A stretch of 32,000 bases of DNA from Crocosphaera subtropica ATCC 51142 (GCF_000017845.1 NC_010546.1:4320001-4352000), one strand, 5' to 3'. Shown: positions 1-9,540, numbered from the stretch's first letter. Translations and numbers: made by a program. The notes: generated from the letters alone by a model not told the origin.

Positions 1-1240
1 TATTAACTTGAACATCATGGTTACCACTGGCAAATTGCTGAGTCGCAGTTTGTAAGCGTTTAATCGGTTTGATAATAGTTGAAGCAATGGCCGCTGTAAT
101 TATGACCACAATTCCTAAAACTGCCACCGATAAAGCCAGTTGTAACATTAAACCTTCTTTGAGAATCTGATTTAATCCTAGTTCTGGATCACCGTAAACT
201 AAAATGGCAATCTCCTGGCCGTTATAGTTAGAAATAGCTTTAGCTGCTAGGGTATAGGGATGATTGTTGAGATAACCTCGTTGGGCAACCCCTTGTCCTT
301 GAGCTTGTACCGCCTTTTCTAAGATGGATTTATCGGGAAGGGGTAGATTAACATTGGCTTCTCTTCCTTCGGTTTTTTCAAATGCGGTAGCTAGGGTAAA
401 TGCTTTATTTTTAGGATCGTAAAGATACACTGCACTATACCCTATGCCTTGAAACCTATCGACAGTTTCCTGAACCATCTCTACATTACCGTTGACAATA
501 TCCCCAGCAACAAGAGTACCGATGACGGTTTGTGTCCCTGGCAATTTAACAGGGGTAACGGTATAACGAATCAGAGCCTCCTGGCTAGTGAGTCCAGCAG
601 GTAAAGGGGCTTTTTCTTGGATAAGTTCTTCCCAACTAACTAATTCACTGGTGCGAATCTGTTTTTGTTGTTTGATCGCTTCGGTGACTAACCCTTGGGG
701 ATTAAATATCTCTCCTTGACGTTGGCCATTCGCATTGGCGATGATCCGTAAATCTTTGCCCACTAGGGTGACATATTCTAGATCATGAATTTTTTGTTCA
801 TTTTTTAAGATAGATTGTAGTTGAGTACGAATTTCAGGGGATAAAGACTGTCCTTGACTAGCAGTTTTGCTGGCTTCAATAATGGTAGGGTCTTCGGCTT
901 CAGAGGCAAAGCCTAAAGCCATGATCTCTAAATCCCTACTATAATTAAATTCGGTAACTGCTAATTGAGACTTGGTTTGATACAGTCCATAAGAGCGCAA
1001 ACTACCCACTAAGGAAGTTGAGCCTAACCCCATTAATCCTCCTAAAGCCAGAAAAGTTAAGGCGGTAATCATCTGAGTTTTGCGACGGATCGGCAAGTTA
1101 TAAAACTGCTCAATCAGGGGTAATTTGGAGGAGGAAGGTGGGTTAGACGTGGGTAGGGTCTTAGAGGGTAAGTCAGAAGAAGGGGATGGAGAAACCCTAG
1201 AAGAAGAAGAGTTAGAAACTGGCTTGACAGGGGTTTGCAT
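1..1240 (-). CDS. Methyl-accepting chemotaxis protein, N-terminal 413 codons only (3' part lies beyond the left window edge): S/P-rich leader, TM, ~270-aa extracytoplasmic sensor region, TM, start of HAMP. It sits in the position of pixJ2/taxD' of the Synechocystis tax1 locus.
   Basis: Absent from the ORF track because no stop lies in the window. My own reverse-strand translation from the ATG (complement of 1238-1240) reads MQTPVKPVSNSSSSRVSPSPSSDLPSKTLPTSNPPSSSKLPLIEQFYNLPIRRKTQMITALTFLALGGLMGLG... It stays open to position 2 and ends ...IIKPIKRLQTATQQFASGNHDVQVN (HAMP-like). The layout matches the upstream MCP, and it starts 88 nt after that gene's stop. Confidence 0.75.
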   Translation of the reverse strand, partial: MQTPVKPVSNSSSSRVSPSPSSDLPSKTLPTSNPPSSSKLPLIEQFYNLPIRRKTQMITALTFLALGGLMGLGSTSLVGSLRSYGLYQTKSQLAVTEFNYSRDLEIMALGFASEAEDPTIIEASKTASQGQSLSPEIRTQLQSILKNEQKIHDLEYVTLVGKDLRIIANANGQRQGEIFNPQGLVTEAIKQQKQIRTSELVSWEELIQEKAPLPAGLTSQEALIRYTVTPVKLPGTQTVIGTLVAGDIVNGNVEMVQETVDRFQGIGYSAVYLYDPKNKAFTLATAFEKTEGREANVNLPLPDKSILEKAVQAQGQGVAQRGYLNNHPYTLAAKAISNYNGQEIAILVYGDPELGLNQILKEGLMLQLALSVAVLGIVVIITAAIASTIIKPIKRLQTATQQFASGNHDVQVN

Positions 1241-1328
1241 GGTACTGGATAAGGGAGAATCAATAAGGGATAATTCAGAATAATTAATTAGGGAGCATAA
1301 GGGTAAATAAATGACAATTCCCTAGAAC

Positions 1329-4300
1329 CTATTTAACTTTGAACTGTCGAACGCTCTCTTGTAATGACTGGGCAACAGCTAAGAGTTCTCGGAACGAATC
1401 AGACACTTGAATTGCCTCGCTAGAGGTTTTATCCGAGATGGCTGCTACTTGAGCCATGGTTTGGGTTACCGTCTGACTGGTTTGAGACTGTTCAATGGCA
1501 GAACGGGTAATGGCTTCGACTAATTCACTGATTTGAATACTGGCAGCCGTAATTTGATTAAGACTCTTACGGGTTTCATCCACTAATTTCGTCCCGGTAA
1601 CCACCTGTTCTGTCCCTGCTTCCATGGCCGCCACTACCTCGTTGGTTTCGGTTTGAATACTGGCCACTAGGGCTTCAATTTCTGCTGTGGCTGAGGCTGA
1701 CTGACGAGCCAGCGATCGCACTTCATCGGCAACCACCGCAAAGCCCCGTCCCTCTTCTCCTGCGTGGGCTGCCTCAATGGAGGCATTCAAGGCGAGTAAG
1801 TTGGTTTGGTCAGCAAAACTACTAATGAGGTTAACTACCTTAGAAATTTTCTGGGACGACTCCCCTAACCGTTTCACTTTTTTGGCGGTTTCTGCTACTG
1901 TTTGTCGAATAGCCATAATGCCATCTACGGTGCGGTTCATGGCATCTTCTCCCTGTTCTACGGTTTCGGTTGCTTGTTGTACAGTGGCTTCGGCTAATTC
2001 TGCGTTGGCAGCAACGGCCCGAATGGAGTCGTTCATGACCTGTAGTTTATCTAGGGTAGCAGAGATATCTTTTGCCTGTTCAAAGGCTTCTTGGGACAAG
2101 GATCGAATGGCAGACTCGTTTTTATGGGTCGTGTCTGAGAGTTGTCCGGTGGCGTTTTGTACCTGGTTTACGATCTTTCTTAAGTTTTCGATAGTGGCGT
2201 TATAAGAGTCGGCAATAGTCCCAATTTCATCTTCTGTGACCCTAGCCCGAATGGTGAGATCCCCTTGGGAAACGGGATCAACTTCCATGAGTAATTCTAA
2301 GGCCCGTCGTTGTAGTTGTTCTTTGGCTTTTCTTTGTTCTTGTTCAGAAATTTTCTGTTGTTCGAGGAGATCCGCTCTTTCTAGGGCAAAACCGATCTGA
2401 GCAGCCACTTGGGAGAAAAAGCTAATTTCAGAAGCATTCCAGTTCCTTGGGCCCGAACATTCGTGGGCAATATATAATCCTAAGAGTTTTCCTTTACGAA
2501 TAATGGGGGCCACTAGATTAGCACGGACTTTAAAGGGTTTGAGTTCATTGAGGTGACATTCGGTCAGTCCTGCGTTATGAATATCGGCGGTGGCTTGAAC
2601 TCGACCATTGAGGTATCTATCGACAAATTTTGTTGCAAAACAGGGGTCCATAATTTCGGCGTTTAATGCCTTGGGATATTCGTTGGCTACGTCTTCGGCC
2701 ACAATGGTTCCCATCCATTGCTCATCGAAGGTGTAAATCAGTACCCGATCGGTCTTCAGAGCGCGACGCATGTGTTCAACAGCTATCTGCATCACCTCTT
2801 CTGTGTTCAGGGAAGCTGCAATTTTAACGGTAATATCCCGCAACATTTGGGCCCGTTTAGCATCTCCTCGTTGTTGTTGTTGTAAGGTGATGCGATCGAG
2901 GGTAATGGTTAATTGTTCGGCCACTCGTTGCATAAAGCTAATTTCATCTTCTTGCCATTGATGAGGTCCTTGACAATGATGGGCAATTAATAAACCAAAG
3001 AGGTTTCCTTCTTGGAGAACTGGAACGACTAAATTGGCTTCGATGTGTAACTGTTCCATGAGTTGATGGTGTTCTGGGTGAAATCCTGCTTCATGGACAT
3101 TGTTGGTAGGGACAACTCGGCCTCTCAAGTATTGATCGAGTAATTTTTGAGGAATACATTGATCTTTTATGTCCGTTTCTAAAGCACTTGGATAAACGGG
3201 ATCATTGACTTCGTGAGAGATAAAGGCAGTTCCCTGAAAATTAAATTGATAGATGACCATCCGATCCACTTTAAGAATATCTCGTACCCCTTCTAAGGTC
3301 TGAGTTATCATCTTGTCTAAGGCACGGCGATCGGCAATAACGCTACTGGCAATTTCGGCGAGGAGGTTGGCTTGTTGAGTGGAAAAGATTTGTTTTTCTA
3401 CTAAGTGATTAATCCGTTGAGCCATGGTATTGACGTTTTCTGCTAAAACAGCAAACTCATCATCACCCAAAGCTTCTACTTCTACGGTTAAATCTCCCTG
3501 GCCAATTTTCTTCACAGCAGAGGTGACACGACGCAGGGGACGGATAATTTGTTCAGAAAGCAAAATAGCCACTGCTCCAGCTAAACTAGCCGTCACCAAA
3601 GTCCCTAAAAAGATGGCAGATAGGAGTTTTCGTTGAAGGCCAAAGGCGACAGCATTATCGAGGGTAACCACGGCATTCCATCCTAGATCAGGTAGCTTAT
3701 CAATGCTGGTAAAAGGGGATAAAGCTACTAATTGTTCTGTATCTACTTTTGCTCCTGGTTGTTGTTGATCGTTAAGAGTAGAATAAACCGAAAACAAGGA
3801 GGAAGCTTTAACTGCTTGGTGTTCAAACTTTCCGCTTCTCTCATCAGCTTTGCCAGCACTATTGGTTTGCGTTACTTGAATCCCATCAGGGGCAAGAAAA
3901 ACCTCTTCATTCTTATTGACTAAGTAAATATCTTCTCCTTGATTCATGCCCTGCTTAACCACGTTTTGCAGGTGTTTAACGGGCATTCTAGAGCGAATAA
4001 CTGCAACGATATCCCCCGTGTTACTGTCACGAACAGGAGCAGCAAAATAGACGTTAAACGTTCCTTCTGTAGTAGAAATGAGGGGTTGAGTGACAGTAGG
4101 TGATTGAGTGTTGAGAACTTCTTTAAAATAACTACGATCGCCATGATTTTTAAGAGGAGTCCCTCCGGATTGACCAATCACATCCCCTTGTAAATCAAAG
4201 ACAGCAATACTGTCATACAACTGATAAATATTAATATAACGATCTAAAACTTTTTGTTTCTCTTGAGGAGAAACCTCATTTCTTAATTCAGCCTTGGTAA

Positions 4301-4757
4301 AAGTGTCTAAGGTGGCTAACGTTTGGATATCGAGATAGCGATCGCTTATAAACCGAGACACCTCATCGCTCAACCCGACTGCACGGGAAATTTCTGTTGC
4401 TTTGGTCTGATGGTAGATAATCTTGTTGGAAATACCATAAGCTAAAGACCCCACGGCCACAACTGGCGTAATACCAATAACGGTAGCAGCGATAATACTT
4501 TTGGAACGTAAGGTTAAATCTTGCCACCATTGAATGATCGGGGAGTTTTTTCGGGGAGGGGGGGCTATGGTGGATGGTTCTCTAGGAAGTTCAGAGGTCA
4601 TGGGAACTTCGCTTTCAATGGCTAAAATTGGGGATTCCTCCCTTTGGCTGTCCGGGGTTTCTGGGGATTGATGGTTTTCTAGGGAAACTTCTTGATGAAC
4701 CAAGCCGTTGCTTTCGTTATTGTTCTGGGAATTGGAGTTAGGAGAGGTCTGAGTCAT
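1329..4757 (-). CDS. pixJ1: Photoreceptor-type methyl-accepting chemotaxis protein (PixJ1/TaxD1-like): TM, periplasmic sensor, TM, HAMP, GAF1, GAF2 (DXCF cyanobacteriochrome type), MCP signalling domain
   Basis: 1146-aa ORF. The MCP signature [31 protein letters not shown] is at aa 991-1021. Two GAF-like blocks lie at aa ~485-625 and ~655-797. GAF2 carries DPCF (Cys710) and TECH (Cys738). The track start at 4769 is TTG; the in-frame ATG at 4757 (MTQTSPNS...) is the more likely start. Confidence 0.9.
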   Translation of the reverse strand: MTQTSPNSNSQNNNESNGLVHQEVSLENHQSPETPDSQREESPILAIESEVPMTSELPREPSTIAPPPRKNSPIIQWWQDLTLRSKSIIAATVIGITPVVAVGSLAYGISNKIIYHQTKATEISRAVGLSDEVSRFISDRYLDIQTLATLDTFTKAELRNEVSPQEKQKVLDRYINIYQLYDSIAVFDLQGDVIGQSGGTPLKNHGDRSYFKEVLNTQSPTVTQPLISTTEGTFNVYFAAPVRDSNTGDIVAVIRSRMPVKHLQNVVKQGMNQGEDIYLVNKNEEVFLAPDGIQVTQTNSAGKADERSGKFEHQAVKASSLFSVYSTLNDQQQPGAKVDTEQLVALSPFTSIDKLPDLGWNAVVTLDNAVAFGLQRKLLSAIFLGTLVTASLAGAVAILLSEQIIRPLRRVTSAVKKIGQGDLTVEVEALGDDEFAVLAENVNTMAQRINHLVEKQIFSTQQANLLAEIASSVIADRRALDKMITQTLEGVRDILKVDRMVIYQFNFQGTAFISHEVNDPVYPSALETDIKDQCIPQKLLDQYLRGRVVPTNNVHEAGFHPEHHQLMEQLHIEANLVVPVLQEGNLFGLLIAHHCQGPHQWQEDEISFMQRVAEQLTITLDRITLQQQQRGDAKRAQMLRDITVKIAASLNTEEVMQIAVEHMRRALKTDRVLIYTFDEQWMGTIVAEDVANEYPKALNAEIMDPCFATKFVDRYLNGRVQATADIHNAGLTECHLNELKPFKVRANLVAPIIRKGKLLGLYIAHECSGPRNWNASEISFFSQVAAQIGFALERADLLEQQKISEQEQRKAKEQLQRRALELLMEVDPVSQGDLTIRARVTEDEIGTIADSYNATIENLRKIVNQVQNATGQLSDTTHKNESAIRSLSQEAFEQAKDISATLDKLQVMNDSIRAVAANAELAEATVQQATETVEQGEDAMNRTVDGIMAIRQTVAETAKKVKRLGESSQKISKVVNLISSFADQTNLLALNASIEAAHAGEEGRGFAVVADEVRSLARQSASATAEIEALVASIQTETNEVVAAMEAGTEQVVTGTKLVDETRKSLNQITAASIQISELVEAITRSAIEQSQTSQTVTQTMAQVAAISDKTSSEAIQVSDSFRELLAVAQSLQESVRQFKVK
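1712..1719. repeat. HIP1 octamer GCGATCGC
   Basis: Exact match read in sequence. Confidence 0.95.
2379..2807 (-). other. GAF2 domain with both cyanobacteriochrome cysteines (DXCF motif plus canonical Cys-His)
   Basis: The segment reads ...[40 protein letters not shown]... The Cys codons are the complement of 2640-2642 and 2556-2558, checked directly against the nucleotide sequence. Confidence 0.75.
4338..4345. repeat. HIP1 octamer GCGATCGC
   Basis: Exact match read in sequence. Confidence 0.95.
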
Positions 4758-4879
4758 AACGTTAACCAAAGAGTAAATTTCAATAAAGGGGTACTAGCAA
4801 CCTAAGTTCGGAGTAGGAAGATCAATAAATTCAGAAGCTAAAAATAGTTAAATTTTTGAAATTAAGCAATAAGGAAATG

Positions 4880-4899
4880 ACAGAAGTTGACGCTTCTGT
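4880..4899 (-). promoter_or_regulatory. 7-bp hairpin (ACAGAAG / 6-nt loop / CUUCUGU) in the cheW-MCP spacer, followed on the minus-sense RNA by a U-rich tract; possible attenuator or processing site
   Basis: Inverted repeat read directly: acagaag ttgacg cttctgt. The stem is AU-rich and weak. Confidence 0.2.
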
Positions 4900-4931
4900 G
4901 ACTGGTGGGTCTTCTCAAGACGGTTGAATGA

Positions 4932-5480
4932 TTAGGGTTTAGGCATAGCTGCCAGGATCGCTTCTCCATCAAGAACGACCAACATATCTCCGTGGGGTGG
5001 CAACCAATAGCCTCGTAGAAAAGGGGCTAAATTAGAGGTCATGGTTGATCCAGGAGGGGATTGAATATCATTAGGGTTACACCATTCAATGTCATCGACT
5101 CCGCTAACCACAGCCCCTAAATGCTGACGATGGGCTTTATTTTGGGATATTGCCCCTGAATGGAGGACAATAGTACGATAAATGGGGGTAACTTGAGGTT
5201 GTTGCTGCCAAGGGGTTAACCCCAATAATTCCCCTAAGTCGATCATCCAGAGAATTTCTCCGCGCCAGTTATACACTCCCATTACCCAAGAGGGCATTTG
5301 GGGGATAGGAACGATTTGACCCACGGGAATGGTGATAACTTCCGTGAGTTGGCTGACGGGTAAGAGTAACGTGGTGTCTGGAATGAGTCGAAATCGCAAA
5401 AATTGTTCTAATTGATGACGATCCTGGGTTTCTAGGGAGGTTGTTGCAGGGTTGGTTTGAGAAAGTCCATGTTGAACCAC
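4932..5480 (-). CDS. pixI: CheW-like coupling protein
   Basis: 182 aa with a single CheW domain (PVSQLTEVITIPVGQIVPIPQMPSWVMGVYNWRGEILWMIDLGELLG). GTG start, 37 nt after the cheY-like stop. It sits between the CheY and MCP genes as in tax1. Confidence 0.85.
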   Translation of the reverse strand: MVQHGLSQTNPATTSLETQDRHQLEQFLRFRLIPDTTLLLPVSQLTEVITIPVGQIVPIPQMPSWVMGVYNWRGEILWMIDLGELLGLTPWQQQPQVTPIYRTIVLHSGAISQNKAHRQHLGAVVSGVDDIEWCNPNDIQSPPGSTMTSNLAPFLRGYWLPPHGDMLVVLDGEAILAAMPKP

Positions 5481-5517
5481 AATGGGTAACTCCTTTGATT
5501 ACGCTGGGTGCTTGAAT

Positions 5518-5880
5518 TTAGGCAATGAGTTGTTTAATGGTGTTAAGGAATATATCTTGATCGATGGGTTTGGGAATGTAAGCGTCTGCGCCTTGGCGTT
5601 TGCCCCAAAATTTGTCCATATCCGTGTCTTTGGTCGAACAAATAACGATAGGGATTTTACTGGTGCGTTCTTCGGCTTTGATCGCTCGGCAAATTTCAAA
5701 GCCACTGACTCCTGGTAAAACCACATCTAAGACAATAAGATCCGGAAGTTCTCCATTCAATTTTTCTAGGGCTTCTTCTCCACTGGTGGCAATGGCAGCC
5801 GTAATTCCTGCAATTTTTAAATATTGGGTAATAATTTCTCTTTCTGTTAAAGAATCTTCAATAACAAGCACAGTTCCCAT
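5518..5880 (-). CDS. pixH: Single-domain CheY-like response regulator
   Basis: 120 aa with receiver hallmarks: VLVIEDS, LIVLDVVLPG (phospho-acceptor Asp), ICSTK, and the conserved Lys in AYIPKP. Confidence 0.9.
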   Translation of the reverse strand: MGTVLVIEDSLTEREIITQYLKIAGITAAIATSGEEALEKLNGELPDLIVLDVVLPGVSGFEICRAIKAEERTSKIPIVICSTKDTDMDKFWGKRQGADAYIPKPIDQDIFLNTIKQLIA

Positions 5881-6013
5881 AATGATTTCTACCTCGGTTA
5901 ATGGTTGATTAAAGGGGTTCTATAGTCTTACAATTCCCGAAAATTCAAGGAAAGTAACATTTTTGATGGATAGGGTGCGTAAAATTTACAAAGGGAAAAC
6001 CTTGAAATGATCC

Positions 6014-7219
6014 CTAAGCGACGTTTTCTTGTTTAAGATGTTTGCGAATGGCACTGAGAACTAAGTCAGGATTAACCGGTTTACTCATAAAATCCGTTGA
6101 ACCGACCATTTTTGCCCGAACGCGATCAACAATGCCGTCATTTCCTGTGAGAATAATGATGGGGGTATGACGGAAAAAAGAAAGTTTTCTGAGTTGTCCA
6201 CAAATTTCATAGCCGTTGGCATTAGGCATCACCAAATCTAAGAAAATAACAGCCGGTTTACGGGCTAATAAGATGGCGATCGCTCTTAAGGGATCATTGA
6301 TGCCCAAAAATTGATAGTTAGCCCCCACTAGGATTTTTTCTAGGGTTTGACACATCAAGGGACTATCGTCGACACAGGCTATCAAAGGCCCCACGGACAC
6401 TTCTGGTGTGGCTACGGTGGGGGTAGAAGGGGGGATAGAAACGGGAGGGGATAAGTCTTCGATGGTAATTAATTCCACTAATCCCATCTGTACATAGGGC
6501 AGCAGGGAACTGGTGACCGTCACCACATCCCGTTTCATGCGAACGGAAAGATCCCGTAAGGTTTGATTGCCGTCTAGGAGTTGTTTTAAGGTTTGATAAA
6601 CTTGGGGAGAGGTACGCTGTTGTAATTCCTCAGCCTGTCTAATAATGGGGGCAGAATTGGGAGAGCGATCGGCAACTTTTGCCCCTTGCCAAGCTTGCCA
6701 TTGTTGATGGGCTTCGCTAATTAATTGATCGGCATCGATTAACACCAATCGGGTTGACAGTAAGTTGTCTTGTCTCAGTTCACAGGTCACTTCCATGGTT
6801 TGGGTGATATCAAACAGCACTTCGATAATCACTGAACGAATCATTCTGGCTGCTTGTTCACGACTAACTTTTTGTTGTTCTACCCACAAACACAGTAGTT
6901 GATATTCCCAACATAAGCGAAAGTCTTGATTGCCTAAACTGGCTAAATCCAGTTGCAAAGAGGATAATTTAGAGGCAATTTCAGGCAAGTAACGGGCAAT
7001 ATGTCTTCGCCAGCGTCTGACGGGATGGGTTCCCCCGGTGGCGTACATAATTCGTCCCAAGTACAAATAGAAAAACCATTTTTCTCCTTTACTATTCGTC
7101 AGGATCAGTTGACCACTGAATCTCGGTTGTTTAAGGGTATCAAAAAAGCTTGCTTGTCTTGAGGGGGTAAATTCTGGTATGGAAATTGGATTTTGAGGAG
7201 GATAGGAAGCTGTCATCAT
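6014..7219 (-). CDS. pixG: PatA-subfamily response regulator (N-terminal PATAN/DUF4388 domain plus C-terminal receiver)
   Basis: PATAN-like N-terminus (FSGQLILTNSKGEKWFFYLYLGRIMYATGG). C-terminal receiver (ACVDDS...IFLDLVMPNANG...ILTGN...FMSKP). The track ORF begins at a GTG (7246); the in-frame ATG-ATG at 7219/7216 is the more likely start. Confidence 0.85.
   Translation of the reverse strand: MMTASYPPQNPISIPEFTPSRQASFFDTLKQPRFSGQLILTNSKGEKWFFYLYLGRIMYATGGTHPVRRWRRHIARYLPEIASKLSSLQLDLASLGNQDFRLCWEYQLLCLWVEQQKVSREQAARMIRSVIIEVLFDITQTMEVTCELRQDNLLSTRLVLIDADQLISEAHQQWQAWQGAKVADRSPNSAPIIRQAEELQQRTSPQVYQTLKQLLDGNQTLRDLSVRMKRDVVTVTSSLLPYVQMGLVELITIEDLSPPVSIPPSTPTVATPEVSVGPLIACVDDSPLMCQTLEKILVGANYQFLGINDPLRAIAILLARKPAVIFLDLVMPNANGYEICGQLRKLSFFRHTPIIILTGNDGIVDRVRAKMVGSTDFMSKPVNPDLVLSAIRKHLKQENVA
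6276..6283. repeat. HIP1 octamer GCGATCGC
   Basis: Exact match read in sequence. Confidence 0.95.
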
Positions 7220-7345
7220 TGCATCTTTGATAAAGTGACTAATCACAGTTTTACAGTTATAGGATGCCCTGAATTTTTAGAAAAATAACATTTTCGAGGG
7301 GGTAGGGTTGAGGATATAGGGGAAATTAGGGGCTATGATTAGTCT

Positions 7346-8020
7346 TTAATTATCTTGATCTTCTTCTAATTGTTTGTAGGCAACAGCCCTCAATTTTCCA
7401 TAAAAGTCTGAAGAATCGGAATGGGGGACAAATTGATTAATGGTACTAGGAGTCTTTCCTTGATCTGAGGGGGTTGGAGACTCTAATTCTTTTTGAGCGA
7501 TCGCTAAGTTTGGTTGCTCTACTTTTTCGGAAACGACATCGTTTAAGAACGCTTTTGGGTTAGTTTTACTGTTTAATTTTTCTGAAGCGATAGAAATGGG
7601 AATAGCTATTTTCTTAACTAATTCTTGAATAGGGGTTAAACTAATGCTATTTTTGGGAACAGTTTTTACCGATTCCTCTGGGGTCAATGACTGTTCTTCT
7701 GGTTGTTCTTCTTCTCTTTTTTGATGATTGTTGACCTCTTCAAAAAAGAGATTACGGGTGATAAATCGTTCAAATTCATAGGTAAAATGATAGGTGGGAT
7801 GTCCCAATCGTTTCCAAAGAGCAAGAATATGCTCGACAGAAATGGCTTTATACCGTCCTTGATAAAGGGCTTCGACAATAGCCAGACGAATCCAATACAC
7901 TGAATAAGATGCTATCCACGTTTCGATTAACTCAGAAATGCTAATTTCCTTGATCTCGAATCCGTAGCGAGTCAATAATGCCTCTATTTGATTTAGGTTT
8001 TTGTTCCTGCACTGGTGCAT
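7346..8020 (-). CDS. Hypothetical protein: ~95-aa folded N-terminal domain followed by an acidic, low-complexity C-terminal region
   Basis: 224-aa ORF with an ATG start. The segment WIRLAIVEALYQGRYKAISVEHILALWKRLG loosely recalls the DnaD/DnaB_2 C-terminal pattern (A..A....k...Y...IL..W...G). The remainder is E/Q/S/P/K-rich. Confidence 0.6.
   Translation of the reverse strand: MHQCRNKNLNQIEALLTRYGFEIKEISISELIETWIASYSVYWIRLAIVEALYQGRYKAISVEHILALWKRLGHPTYHFTYEFERFITRNLFFEEVNNHQKREEEQPEEQSLTPEESVKTVPKNSISLTPIQELVKKIAIPISIASEKLNSKTNPKAFLNDVVSEKVEQPNLAIAQKELESPTPSDQGKTPSTINQFVPHSDSSDFYGKLRAVAYKQLEEDQDN
7497..7504. repeat. HIP1 octamer GCGATCGC
   Basis: Exact match read in sequence. Confidence 0.95.
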
Positions 8021-8205
8021 AGCATCTTTACTGTCCCTATAGCCACTCTTTTAGCACATTTTCGTTTTAACAATATAGCAATTTACACTTCTTTTAGGAG
8101 AGGCAACATTAATACAACCAAATTAACAATGCTTTATGAAGATAAAATTAAATAGCAAATTTTCTTTTATTGGTACAAATTTCTATTAATTTAACACACG
8201 AGATA

Positions 8206-9438
8206 ATGACCATGATTTCGGTTCAAGAAGCCCAAACAATTATTCTACAGTTAGTAGAAAGTTTACAAGAAAAGGAAGTCATTTCCCTAGATGAAGCAAT
8301 GGGAAGAATTTTGGCTCAACCCGTTAGTAGTTCTTTGAATTTTCCCTATTGGGATAATTCAGCTATGGATGGTTATGGGGTACGCTTTGAAGATGTTAAT
8401 CAGAGTAATTTAGATTATCCTATCATCCTCGATATTGTAGCAGAAATCCCCGCCGGCATTCACCCTAAACTATCGATCCAATCAGGGGAAGCTTGTCGAA
8501 TTTTTACTGGGGCAATGTTACCTAATGGGGTTGATACGATTGTAATGCAAGAAAATACCCGACCAGAAGAGAACAAAGTAATCATCTTATCCCCTCCTAA
8601 TTATCTTGGAGAATTTGTTAGAAAACAAGGAATTTTTTATCAAGCTGGTACTATTTTATTAAATTCAGGGATTAAAATTAATGAGTCAGAAATGGCTGTT
8701 CTAGCAACGGCACAATGTTCTACTGTTAGAGTTTATCGTCGTCCCCGTGTGGCTATTCTCTCAACGGGCAATGAATTAATAACCCCTGCCGAAAGGTTAC
8801 AACCGGGACAAATTGTTGATTCTAATCAATATGCTCTTAAAGCTTTTATCCTGAAAAATGGAGGAGTTCCTATCACTTTAGGCATTATTCGGGATGAACC
8901 TGAAATGATTAAACAGAAAATACTAGAAGCTATTAATACTGCAGATATTGTTCTGTCAACCGGTGGCGTTTCTGTGGGAGATTATGATTACATTGAGACT
9001 ATTTTAGCTGAATTAGGAGGAGAAATTAAAATTAGTGGTGTTGCGATGAAACCAGGAAAACCTTTGACAGTAGCTAAATTTGATAATGGATGTATCTATT
9101 TTGGTTTACCTGGAAATCCTGTGTCTGCTTTGGTGAGTTGTTGGCGGTTTGTGCAACTTGCTTTAGATAAATTATCAGGGATTAAAGGAGATTATGAACC
9201 GAAATTGATTACAGCAACATCTGCCGATGAGTTATCTTCTAATGGTCGACGAGAAACCTATATTTGGGGACAGTTAAAATTAATTAATGGTGAATTTTTA
9301 TTTACTCTGGCAGAAGGAAGTCAAAATTCAGCTAATTTAATTAACTTAGCATCAACCAACGGTTTAGCTATTTTACCGATCGGTGTGACTACAATTCATC
9401 AAGGAGATATCGTTACGGTTCTTTCTATTTCTAGATGA
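8206..9438 (+). CDS. moeA: Molybdopterin molybdenumtransferase MoeA
   Basis: Motifs NSAMDGYGVR, IVLSTGGVSVGDYDY and GLPGNPVSALV are present, and the length is typical. The track start at 8170 is TTG; ATGs at 8206 and 8212 are more plausible. Confidence 0.9.
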   Translation: MTMISVQEAQTIILQLVESLQEKEVISLDEAMGRILAQPVSSSLNFPYWDNSAMDGYGVRFEDVNQSNLDYPIILDIVAEIPAGIHPKLSIQSGEACRIFTGAMLPNGVDTIVMQENTRPEENKVIILSPPNYLGEFVRKQGIFYQAGTILLNSGIKINESEMAVLATAQCSTVRVYRRPRVAILSTGNELITPAERLQPGQIVDSNQYALKAFILKNGGVPITLGIIRDEPEMIKQKILEAINTADIVLSTGGVSVGDYDYIETILAELGGEIKISGVAMKPGKPLTVAKFDNGCIYFGLPGNPVSALVSCWRFVQLALDKLSGIKGDYEPKLITATSADELSSNGRRETYIWGQLKLINGEFLFTLAEGSQNSANLINLASTNGLAILPIGVTTIHQGDIVTVLSISR

Positions 9439-9540
9439 AAAATACAGTTGGCAACTAGGATAAGCCTTTCTCTTAGTAATAGTTAGTAATAGTTATTCGA
9501 CTGGTTTACATACAGAGGAACCCAATAAACAGATATTATT

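Noticed and set aside
1777-4177. Short ORFs from the track (1777-2205, 2770-2961, 3424-3636, 3732-3923 on plus; 3944-4177 on minus) lying inside the MCP gene
   Set aside because: They are entirely nested in or antisense to a 1146-aa ORF with clear domain content. Their translations are low-complexity or Cys/Ser-rich and have no start context. They are typical shadow ORFs.
5482-5908. ORFs 5482-5718(+), 5499-5726(-) and 5600-5908(+) overlapping the cheY-like gene
   Set aside because: They overlap a well-supported receiver-domain CDS in other frames or on the other strand, and have no recognisable motifs.
5925-5960. caattcccgaaaattcaagg in the pixG-pixH spacer as a further copy of the cccgaattcagg repeat
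   Set aside because: The similarity requires several indels and is too weak to claim without a genome-wide motif model.
7684-7903. ORFs 7684-7878(-) and 7703-7903(+) inside the 224-aa hypothetical gene
   Set aside because: They are alternative-frame or antisense ORFs in an AT-rich stretch, shorter than the host ORF and lacking features.
9474-9495. Tandem decamer TAGTAATAGT x2.2 between moeA and the FHA-ABC gene
   Set aside because: It is real but only two copies of an AT-rich unit containing stop codons in a 100-nt spacer, with no evidence of function beyond slippage.
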